The notes under the pieces were generated by a model. The model was not told the origin of the DNA. It saw only the letters and a program-made list of their open reading frames with translations, and ran no database searches. Shown in pieces: positions 38,544-48,689 of a stretch of DNA of 64,000 bases. Both the position numbers and the translations under genes were made by a program. The first letter of the stretch is position 1. The number at the start of each line of letters is the position of its first letter. Origin of the DNA: Squalus acanthias (Eukaryota); assembly GCA_030390025.1 (NCBI GenBank), contig CM059438.1, forward strand, positions 66,714,001 to 66,778,000, given 5' to 3'.

Positions 38544-41500
38544 CTAGAACCGGCGCAGCCCGTCTACCTGTGTCCGCTTAGCTATGATGCGTGGAAGCGA
38601 CCTTTGGTGGAGATGGAGGTAGAGAAACAGAGGGGTAGTTATTTGTTGGACACGGGAGCTTCTTGCACCATAATCCATACAGATAACCCTTTTGACTCGC
38701 CGCTATCTACCAGGGTCCCATTCACGTTAGCGGGGTTCACAGGAAAAGAACAGGCTGGCACGTTTTCCCTTCCGCCATCCATTCGTTTAGGAACACTTCG
38801 CCTTAAGTGGAAGTGTATACTGATGGCATGGCAGGAGGGGGGTGGAAGAGGTATTCTCGGGTCTGATCTCCTATCGGGACACGGGATCCTCGTGGACCTC
38901 AGAAATCACTGTCTCTGGGGGGCTAAAGGTGAAAAAGGCGAGGTAATAGTGATTCCGGGGGAGGAAGAAACAGGGGTCCTGTGTACCGTACAGCCATCCG
39001 GAGGCTACGACCTCAGGCTTATGGTCGCAGATGTCCCAACGGACATGCAAACGTACGTGTCAGATAATATGCACGCGTTTGCAACCCACAAGCACGATTG
39101 TGGGAGAGTGGTCGGGTTTGAGGTCAGCGTAGATGGGGACCCCATGACCCGACCCCAAAAGCAGTATAACTTCCCCAAAGAAGCAGAACCCGATATGGAG
39201 ACAGCAATGTCCTCCTTGGTGCAGCAGGGCGTGTTGAGGCCGATAGCCACACACGTGAACTCCCCATTATGGCCGGTTAGGAAGCCGGATAATTCGTGGA
39301 GAGCCACGGTGGACTACAGAGTCCTTAACAGTAACATTCCCGCCTGCGCGCCCACGGTAGCAGCAGTTGCTGACCTAATAGGGAGCATCCCAGCGTCCGC
39401 GACCACGTTCACGGTGCTGGATATCTCGAACGGTTTTTGGTCCATCCCGCTGAGGCGAGAGGACCAGTACAAGTTTGCCTTTACTTTCAAAGGACAACAG
39501 TACACATGGAACTGTCTGCCACAGGGTTTCCACAATAGCCCCAGTATTTTCCATCAGTGTATGGCAGGAAGTTTAAAGGAGTTTAGTCAGCCCAATCAGA
39601 TAGTGCAGTATGTGGATGATTTGCTCCTATTTACGGACTCAAGGGAGGAGCATGGACCACTACTGGACGAGTTATTGGAGCTGTTAGCAAGAAAGGGTTT
39701 TAAAATAAACCCTAAGAAAGCACGTATCGGTCAGCGGGAAGTAAAATTCCTGGGACTGACCATACGCGCTGGGGAAAGAGCCATAGACAAAGCAAGGAGG
39801 GAGTCGGTGCAAGAATTACCGATTCCCAACAACGTAAGGGGTGTGAGGTCCTTCTTGGGACTGACCGGTTACTGCAGGGATTTTATCGAAGATTATGCGG
39901 CCACAGCAGCGCCGCTCCTCCGACTCCTCCATAAGGGGGTGGAGTGATCTTGGGACGAGGGCTGCCAAGCAGCCTTCGAGAAGTTAAAAAGGGATCTGCA
40001 GACCGCGCCAGCCTTAGGGGCCATAGATGGGGGGAAGGAGTTTTTCCTGGAGGTAGCTGCCAGCGGAGACAGCTTAAGCGCCGTACTGCTCCAAGAGCGT
40101 CACGGCAAGCTGAGGCCGGTTGTCTATTCATCCAGGGTGTTAACGGATGTGGAGAGAAGTTTCTCCAATTGCGAAAGGCACCTTTTAGCCACGCATTGGG
40201 CTGTGAAAAGATCAGCGATCTTCACAGGGCTCTCTCCCATCACTCTCCTCACACATCACACACCAACTAAGATGCTTCTGGATGGGAGGATTAAAGACGG
40301 GACCGTAAGCAGCGCGCGCATTGCGCGTTGGACCCTTCTTCTCTCCCAGTTGGATCTTAGAGTAAAAGGTCTTTGCGAGCCCAGGCTTGCGGCCAATTTG
40401 GTATACCCCGGTACAGCCCACCGGTGTTCGGTGGAAGGGGTGTGGGACGTCAACATAGTTTTACGGGCCGGGATACATCCCACTGGGCGCGAGATTTATG
40501 TTGATGGGTCTAGCACAGTATCCGCTGGCGAGCGACTCACAGGGTGTGGAGTTTATGACCCTGCGGCAGACCTTGCCCTGGCGATCAAGCTCCCTAGCAC
40601 CATGAGCGCGCAGCAAGCTGAGCTGTCTGCCGTGGTGTACGTTGTGACCCACCCAGACATTTTCCCAACCCCATACACGATTTGCTCGGACAGTATGTTC
40701 ACCTGCAATTCGTGTACGGAATACCTGGCCATTTGGTCCCGCCGTGGATACACCTCCGCGGACGGGCGACCTTTAACGGTGAAGCCCTTGCTGGAAAAGA
40801 TCTTAGCAGCAGCAGTAGGGGAGGAAGGAGAGATTTTCATCCATAAGGTGAAAGCTCACTCCTCCACAGAGCCCCGTGGGGAGGGCAACCAGCAGGCGGA
40901 TGCGCTAGCCAGGGAAGGTGCCCGCAACGGCATTTTCTGGAACCCCTATGGGACCAGACCCATAACAGCGATCCGAGGCAGGGACGGGAATCCCGGGAAC
41001 ACCAGGGTAGCATTGCCCCTAGACCTTAAGACCGTCCAAGCCCAGGATCCCGCCCTAAAAGCAGTTCTAAAAACCATTGCTGAGGGGAGGCAGGTAGAAG
41101 GTCCGTACAGTACGGCAACCCTCTCAGTTAAGGAAGGCATGCTGTTCCGCGAGGAGCAGTGGGTTGTGCCGCAGCAGCACAGGAGGGAATTCCTCCAGTT
41201 GGCTCACGAGGGACCAGGGGCAGGGCACCCCGGGCCCGAGGTTACCTGGCAACGGGTAGAGCAAGCGGGATGGTGGCCAGGGCTCAGGGAACAAGTCCGC
41301 GAGTTCTGCGCAAACTGTCTTGTGTGCGCTGCAAACAACCCAGACCCCCAGAAAAGGAAGGTGCCCATGGGACACGTAAGAAGGGTAGAGGGACCATGGC
41401 AGTCGATACAGATCGACTATATAGGACCCCTGCCCACCACCCAGGGAGGTTATAAGTACTGCCTCGTCCTGGTGGATGTGTTTTCCAAGTGGGTGGAAGC

Positions 41501-43040
41501 CTTCCCTTGTCGAACAGCTACGGCACTGGGTACAGCAAAAATCTTGGTCCGGGAAGTGTTCTCGCGGTGGGGACTTCCCCGTTTTGTGGAGTCAGACCAA
41601 GGGAGTCATTTCACCGGCCAGGTGATGCAGAACACCCTCATGCTTTTGGGCATTGAAGGGAAGTGGCACGTAGCACACAATCCCCAGTCATCCGGGATTG
41701 TTGAACGTATGAACCGGACCCTGAAGGAGAAATTGAGGAAAGAGACTAGGAACTCGCCCCAAAAATGGGCGGAAGTTCTGCCTTTAGTCCTCATGGGGGT
41801 CTGGGCCAGTCAGTCAAAAAGTACGGGGTACTCCCCGCACGAGGTAATGACTGGGAGGCTCATGCGAACCCCCACCCATGTGCTAGCGCCGGTGCTCACT
41901 GAGGGTCAGCTCCAAGAGATAAGCAGGGACAAGTTCGCCCAGACTCTCTTGGAGCGCCTGAAGCAGGTTTATGAGCAGGCGGCTGGGAACATGGGAAGGC
42001 AGCATCAGGGCAATCGCTTGTTGCTGGAACCCCGCAAAACACGGGAGTGGGAAATAGGAGACCAGGTCATGGTCAGAAACTACGCCAGAGTAGGGAGTCT
42101 GGAACCACTGTATATGGGACCCTACAACATTGTAGACAAGGCGAGTCCCATGGTTTACGCCGTAAAAGTACCTCGGCGCACTAAGTGGTTCCACATAAAC
42201 CAATGCAAACTGTACCAGCCAGGTGCGCAAGGGAAAACTACAGGGGTAAATCCCGCCAGTGGGAAAGCACAGCCCCAGGTAGGACCACAAGGCACACAGG
42301 CAGGCATAGCAGCTTGCATCAGGGGAGGGGACATCCCGGAAGATCATACAGCGTTTTTCTGGAATTGGGGGTTAGATGAGGAAGAATTCAGGGAACTCGG
42401 GTCAGATGGGGATAGTGCAGATGAGGATAGTGATGACGACGGGTGGTTTCGGAGGAACGGTCCCGTTTACGATATGGAGGGAATGGGGGCTGCAGATAGA
42501 GATCCACACAGGGTGGACACACAAGCTGCAGGTCCCGAAGACAGGAGGGAGGAGCTAGGGGAGGCGGGGCCAGCCGCTATGGGAGCACAGAGAGTACCGG
42601 TGTGGCTCCCAGAGATGTGGCCGCCCGCTTTGAACGTCCCGTCCTCGGGGGAGGCAGAGATCACGAGTGAAGGGCCGCCTGCTGGGCCGAGCAGGGCGGA
42701 GCCACAAACTACAAGCCCCGAGGTTAGGGAGGCGGAGTCAGCGGAGGCGGAGCCAGCGACTGTGGTGGAACCCCAGGTCATCCCGATGGAAGTCTCGGAA
42801 CCCGGTCCGTCCGTCACGGAACCCCCGCCCATAGCAACTCCCCGTAGGTCAAGTAGAGAACCCCAGCCCAGGAGGATGTGGTCGTGTCCCCAGACTGCCC
42901 CAAGGCGTAAAATTAAGGTTAAGATAACCCAGATACAGGCCGGCCACATCGCAGCAGCAACAGGCTGCGGAAGATCAGAGGGAAGGGTCAGTGCCCTCCC
43001 ACCGTCGGGAAGAGCTCGCAGCAGCCTTCTCAGAATTTAA
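38544..43040 (+). pseudogene. pol: Pro-Pol (PR, RT, degenerate RNase H/tether, RNase H, IN) with one internal TGA at 39945
   Basis: LLDTGAS, LPQGFHNSP, YVDD, FLEVAAS (tether), YVDGS..AELSA..SDS..HKVKAH..GNQQAD, HHCC, IDYIGP..SDQGSHF..ERMN, GPY; single frame throughout. Confidence 0.93.
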
Positions 43041-43332
43041 AGGGGGCCGCCCTGAGAACGGGCGGCACTGTAAAGTTATTAGTTTTAAGTTTTAAGTTTA
43101 TAGTTCAAGGTTAAGTTTATAGTTTTTTTTTAATAAGGTTAAGATTGTAGTGTTTTTAACAGAAAACGATAAAATGATGGGAGCTTTAAAGATAGGTTTA
43201 GTTAAAGTTTATTCAGCGAACGTTGAAGTTTACGTGAGGCGAGGTCAGGGGACCCGCTCACCCTTCACAAAAGCCAGAGACTCTTGCGAGGCTGGCTACC
43301 TCATTCTATCTGATCACAGGAACCAAGGAAGG

Positions 43333-45684
43333 ATGGAACGAATTCTAGTATTGCTCGCGGCAATCGGATGTGGATTGGCCTATCGAGGCCGCACCAAGGA
43401 TGTCGTGGTGTTTGGATGTTCCGGGGACACGGCCCCCATCGCGGTGGATGGGACCGGAAGACGGGAGGCAGAGGAGACCAGCACCTATTTCCACAAGGGA
43501 AGGTGGCCAGGATGGCTGGGAACGAACTCAACGGAGTATTCTAGCACATCGGGGTTTGCCTACAAAGAGACTTCTTTACTGTGCCCCAAAGTAAGGATCA
43601 TCGCACCCAGGATCAGCGTCACCGTCGGCAAACGGATTTGTTTGACTTGTAGTGGGAAGGTCCCATTGAGCCGATGGTGGTGGCTGCGAAAGCTGAGCAA
43701 AACTATGAGGAACTCTTCGGTCGAGTGGGAACGACTGGGTAATAATACCCATCGGACAATTACGGGGACAAACGGACAAGTGAAAGTCTGTTGGGACAAA
43801 TGGTGGGAACCGGACGAGGGAATTTATGTATGTATGTGGGGGTCAAAGTACGTTTGCCCCAAAGGCATCTCCATATTTTTCATTAATCAATGGCAGGATA
43901 ACGGACAGGGGATGAGGTGGGATGCGAGCACCAGGGGGTGCGGAGCCCCATTCTCCCCGATCCCAGTAAATGCCACTGAGCTCATTACGCGCCCACGCAA
44001 AGCCCCGCCCACGATTCCGGTGGTTCTAGCTGAGGAAGAAGGGTGCCCTAAAACTAGTAAGGGACCCGGGAATGGTTTGGTACTGGTCCCCACAGACCAG
44101 ATACTATTTCAGGGGGTACATTACGCGGTGGCCTCGGTGATTTTAAATCTCACCGAGGTGCGGTTACCAGAGTGGTGCCCCAAAAAGACGGAACAGTTGT
44201 ATCAGGTCCTGTTGACCAAGATGTTCAGACAATTTTACGAATTCGATTTCGCGGAAATTGATAAAACAAGTTTGTACACCGCACCACAGGAAGTTTTGAA
44301 TCAAGTAGGGAGGCAAAGAAGGGGTTTGGTGAACGATGCGTTCACTGCTTTTAACACGGGTACATCTGTGGTCAACGCTCTAGACAGTGTGGAGCTGCAG
44401 ACCCAGATTAATGGTTCAAAGACACAATTAAAAGACATTCTAACAGATGAGAATAAAGTGGTAGGGTCAGGTTTACACGAGGACCAAGCCATGACTCTCC
44501 ATTTAAAGGAAATTATAGCAGAGTTGGAGAAACATGCAAAGACGGTAAATGCCCTGATTAGGGAAGATCGGAATGCATCCGATCAAGCTGCGCAGAACGA
44601 GGTGTGCGTGCTTTACGGGGCGTGGTTACTGGGCGAGGGCCGCAGTAATTTGGAGGATTTAAAACAAGGTTTGGTTCCGTCCTGGATAAGTAACAAACAC
44701 CTGCGGGCGCTCCACCCTTTTCAGAACGCATTAAGTCCGTGCCAGCTCAGGCTAGCTTCAGAAGCTTACCCAGTCCCCGTGGACTGCGGACGTTCAAACC
44801 ATACTATTATGGGAATAGTATTACGTATGCCGGTTTTGGGCGACACAGCAAAGCCCGCCCCGGTGTATCGGGTAGAGAACATTGGTGTCATTCAGGGGGG
44901 AGCCCACATTCGTTATGCAGCGGTTCCACCTTACGTCATCCGCTGGGAGCAAACGATGACAGGTACAGATCTCTCTGGTTGTCGTGGCAGGGGAGCACAC
45001 ATAATACTGTGCCCCCAGCACTTGAATGCCTTTTTAACACCACAGTGCGGGTTCAGAACGACTGGCGCCAAGTCCATGAATTGCACCATGGAGGCAATGG
45101 CACAAGATCATGTGCCTCCGCAGGTAGCATACATCGGGGGTGGAACATATTGTGTTACCACTGCAGCGCAACACTACCAGCATGGAAACCGTAGCCGGTG
45201 TCCGGTGAGTGACAGCAGTTTCTGTTTTAAACCCAGGGCGGAAGTTCAAGTAGCACAACAGCGAATTGTCCCAATCCCTGAACCATCCACTGTTCATCTC
45301 ACAGTAAAAGAGAATTTCACCGACTTGCAGCGATTCGTCGCGCATTTTGGATACCTCATTCCCCCTCTCCCTGAACACCTCACCAAGCTTTTAAAAGCCG
45401 TCGCGGTGTCACAGAAACATTTTTACACATTAGAGCAGAAAACTGTCGAAATAGGAACAGACATTTTGGATATAGTGATTCCACCGTGGTGGAATCTGTT
45501 CACTAATATTGAAGTGCCTTCATGGATCAGAATAGCCTCCCACATTTTAGTCGTATGCCAAGTTTTCATTGTAGTGTACCTATTGGTCGTACATTGTAAA
45601 AGAGACAAGCGCCTCACCAAGCATGAAAACACGGGAGAGTGGCGAGAACGTTACGTGCGCGTGCACGATGAAAGCACCGTGTAA
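43333..45684 (+). CDS. env: Envelope glycoprotein: signal peptide, Ig-like domain, class I F-like fusion protein
   Basis: Intact ORF. Probable start MERILVLLAAIGCGLA; furin site RQRR (44311-44322); fusion peptide, heptad region, Cys-rich region and TM HILVVCQVFIVVYLLVV. Confidence 0.9.
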   Translation: MERILVLLAAIGCGLAYRGRTKDVVVFGCSGDTAPIAVDGTGRREAEETSTYFHKGRWPGWLGTNSTEYSSTSGFAYKETSLLCPKVRIIAPRISVTVGKRICLTCSGKVPLSRWWWLRKLSKTMRNSSVEWERLGNNTHRTITGTNGQVKVCWDKWWEPDEGIYVCMWGSKYVCPKGISIFFINQWQDNGQGMRWDASTRGCGAPFSPIPVNATELITRPRKAPPTIPVVLAEEEGCPKTSKGPGNGLVLVPTDQILFQGVHYAVASVILNLTEVRLPEWCPKKTEQLYQVLLTKMFRQFYEFDFAEIDKTSLYTAPQEVLNQVGRQRRGLVNDAFTAFNTGTSVVNALDSVELQTQINGSKTQLKDILTDENKVVGSGLHEDQAMTLHLKEIIAELEKHAKTVNALIREDRNASDQAAQNEVCVLYGAWLLGEGRSNLEDLKQGLVPSWISNKHLRALHPFQNALSPCQLRLASEAYPVPVDCGRSNHTIMGIVLRMPVLGDTAKPAPVYRVENIGVIQGGAHIRYAAVPPYVIRWEQTMTGTDLSGCRGRGAHIILCPQHLNAFLTPQCGFRTTGAKSMNCTMEAMAQDHVPPQVAYIGGGTYCVTTAAQHYQHGNRSRCPVSDSSFCFKPRAEVQVAQQRIVPIPEPSTVHLTVKENFTDLQRFVAHFGYLIPPLPEHLTKLLKAVAVSQKHFYTLEQKTVEIGTDILDIVIPPWWNLFTNIEVPSWIRIASHILVVCQVFIVVYLLVVHCKRDKRLTKHENTGEWRERYVRVHDESTV

Positions 45685-46123
45685 TCGGAAAATGGCGTCA
45701 TTCCCGCTCGCCACGTGCGCCGCGGAAGTTTGTACTCAATCATGATTTTCAGAGATTGTAAATACGTTGGGAACTCGACATGTTTTAAGAGTTGGTGTTG
45801 ATTATTTTGGTGATGGTGTTACAGTTAAAAATGATTGTTTGGTTTTGGGTTTTGTTTTTCCTTTCCCTGAATAAAAGATGAATATACAGGTGATACGAGA
45901 GGCATCGGCCTGGTTACGCCGGGAAGGAAAACAAGTGGTGTAAGTTTAAGGGCAAATAATGCCTACGGTGATATAAAATGTAATTTTCTTGGGAAATAAG
46001 GACGACACAGAGACCCTAGCTAGGTTAAAGTTATGGGATTAATTTGCTGGATTCGGAGAGAAATCGAGATAATATTGCTCACCACTATGATTTTTGATAC
46101 GATAAGCGGAGTTATTCGCATCA

Positions 46124-46134
46124 ACAGGAGGGAC
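46124..46134 (+). promoter_or_regulatory. Polypurine tract of the inner element
   Basis: acaggagggac immediately before the 3' LTR TGTA. Confidence 0.65.
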
Positions 46135-47792
46135 TGTAGAATTCGCAATATATCGCGATTTTATTTTAATAAGGAGAAAACACAGAGTTTCGTTCAAACA
46201 GCTTTTATTCCAGCAGAATGCTGCCAGGTTTAAAGTGGACACAAGCAGCCTGTAAAATGGCCGCCGCACCTCGTGACAGAACATTCTAGACTTTTCAACA
46301 GGCAGACAAGATGGCGTTCCAATAAACATTTGTGCAAGATCGATTAAGATTCAGCACAGTGAAGATAATACACGAGACATTATGGGTTTGCAGTATACAC
46401 ATAAATACTGAAATCGGTCTCCCAGGTACAAATGAAAGCTATTGTACCGAGTAATCAAGGGCCCATCCAAAAGACATTAATATGTAAAATCCCAACGACT
46501 CTACGATGAGAGAGCCGTTAGCAGGTAGTTATACAAAACACTTGGAAGCCCCACAACCCCTCCAGGGAGAACACCGACCGATTTAACAATGGGAGAAATA
46601 TTAACAGGTACTCAGACATTTACGAGTAGCCCCGAAACCCATTAAGAAAGGAGATCACCCATACAAGACATTTGAGCGCCAGACCCTAAACAAAAGAATG
46701 GACATTAAGGTTGGGCGGGAAACGGAAGATTTTGCACTATAATTGCAGGCTCCAAACCGTCCATCTCTCTCTTATCATCGTGGCTGCTCCTGTGCTCTTA
46801 TCCTGTGCTCTAATTCGTAACCTCGTGGCTGCTCCTGTGTACTCGTAGTCGGGCTCCTGCTTGCCTGTTGACTCTTTGAAAAAGGACTGTTGAACTTTCT
46901 GATCCGTTCGGATCTACCTCGTGTCGCGTAACGAAGACCTATGTTGGTAACTGGCAGCGGAACCAAAGGCCCGAGATGAGATGAGATGAGATGAGATGAG
47001 ATGAGAAGAGAGGAAGACCATATCCATCGCCACGGTCAGTAAATCCCGACCGCGCCTGTAGGTCGAACAGCCAAGTTTTCCTTGCCAGGAAGACTTTTTC
47101 GAAAAGAACATATCACATCGATGATATTGACTGAACTGTGCTCGGAAAAGTACCTGTTAAACCAACCAACACAGGTCTTCATCACAGCAGACGGTCCAGC
47201 CTGCTAGCCGGAGCAGCAGAAGCAAGTAAACAAGTGGGACCAGGAGATCTCCTGACCGACACGTGGGTGCTGCGGTGAAAAACATCCGATCAGCTATTCG
47301 GAATTTCTCCGAGTTATCACGAGTGGTGAGCATGAGTCTCGAAATCCTACGAATCTAGTTAGGATAGATATTGATAGGGGAGGGTTTAAGGATTAAGGAT
47401 ATTTGTAATGTGTGCCCCTATTTACGGTGTGCCGTTCGTTCCTCGTTTCCCTAAGATCGACTATATAACTGCTTGTAAGATTGTACTGTCATTAATCTGT
47501 GCTTATGACATGTATTTCATAATCTTAAGTATCATGCAATAAAGATTTTCCATTTCGTACCATTCAACCGAGTCTACATGAGTTTCATCTCCATTACTGC
47601 TCTCGCATCTAAGTCCAGTGTCTAGAACCGTAAGGGCGAGTGATTCGAACCACTCACAGGTGTGTCTAGTGTTCCCAGACTGGCTGGAGACCAGAACAGG
47701 CAACAAGGCCTAGACCCGCACTGACATACAGGCTGCACAGAGCCGCGTGAACCTCACAGGCTGCGAGACACGCAGGGTCAGAATCCCTTACA
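46135..47792 (+). repeat. 3' LTR of the inner element
   Basis: Same length as the 5' LTR; five substitutions seen by eye. Confidence 0.97.
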
Positions 47793-47796
47793 GCTT

Positions 47797-48473
47797 CCTC
47801 TCATGTGCTACCAGTTCCATGGAATTTACTGTGTTGGGAGGGTCTGGGATCACGCAGGAGTCCCCACTCTGATCCCATCCGATCCCGGCCCCGGAATCCT
47901 ACCATCGCCGCAAGAAGGCGATCGACACACCCGCCGGGCAGACCCGTTCCGACCCCCACATACACACGTAAATTCCCTGTTCCTCTTTCCACCATTTGTT
48001 CCAGCACACTTCTACTCCCCCCCCCTCGCCCCCATAATCTGTCGGTACGTATCGTCCCCCAGTTTCTCCCAGCCCGCGGATCGGTTACCCTTGGCCTGGC
48101 CCAACTTCCTTAACCACCACCACCGTCCCAAGGGAATGTGTCCCTCACATCTTAGACAGGCGCGTATCCCCTCGGTCACCCTAACCCGTGTGGCTGTGAC
48201 CTGCAGTTTGGGACACGGTATGGAAGCTTCTCCATACGTGAAACCCTCGCTGCCGGAGTACCGAGTCGAGTTCGATCCCAGCCACCCTGGCCACCTTCCC
48301 TCGTGGAAGTAAGTGGCCATTCCGTCCGTGTCCCCTGTCCCACCCCCCTGTGTCACGGTAGGCCCGTTCTCTCCTGTGCAGCCGTAGAGGAAGGACACCT
48401 CGGTGTCTCCTCTTTCCATGCTGCCAGTCCCGATCATCATTAGGAATAGAAGTACGACAAATTTGTTGGCCAT
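47797..48473 (-). pseudogene. Outer element env, N-terminal part (signal peptide + Ig-like domain)
   Basis: MANKFVVLLFLMMIGTGS, YFHEGRWPGWLG, ACLRCEG..RWWWLRKL, EQGIYVCMWGS; continues at 35069. Confidence 0.88.
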
Positions 48474-48689
48474 ATCCCCTTGTTCCTCCGATCTCCTTTG
48501 GTTCCCTGCCAAAACAAAAGCAAAACAGTTCCGTTCTGTGAAAGGGTTTTCCTCCACGGATCTGGTTTTGGTTATTTACAAAATATTTACAGTGTTCCCT
48601 GCCGCATTAACGAGCGCCCCATTTAAGACCTCTCCCGTCGGGGCTACTTGCGGCTCGCGGTCGGCGAGTAGGGAGGCGTCCACAGCACC

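Larger units (their letters stand above)
35070..47792 (+). mobile_element. Inner env-bearing LTR element (lokiretrovirus-like), young and nearly intact
   Basis: 1658-bp LTRs, GCTT TSD (35066-35069, 47793-47796), PBS, PPT, gag, pro-pol and env. Confidence 0.97.

Noticed and set aside
39945..39947. Second programmed readthrough stop in the inner pol
   Set aside because: Context is TGA-TCT, not CTAG, and the outer element has Trp here; a simple nonsense mutation is more likely.
43150..43332. 61-aa N-terminal env extension (foamy-like leader peptide)
   Set aside because: The ORF call starts at GTG, the segment is not conserved with the outer element, and a splice acceptor and signal peptide point to the ATG at 43333.
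45685..47792. Accessory genes after env or in the LTR (short ORFs 46033, 46039, 46775, 46914, 47503)
   Set aside because: Short, mostly antisense, no motifs and no counterpart in the outer element.
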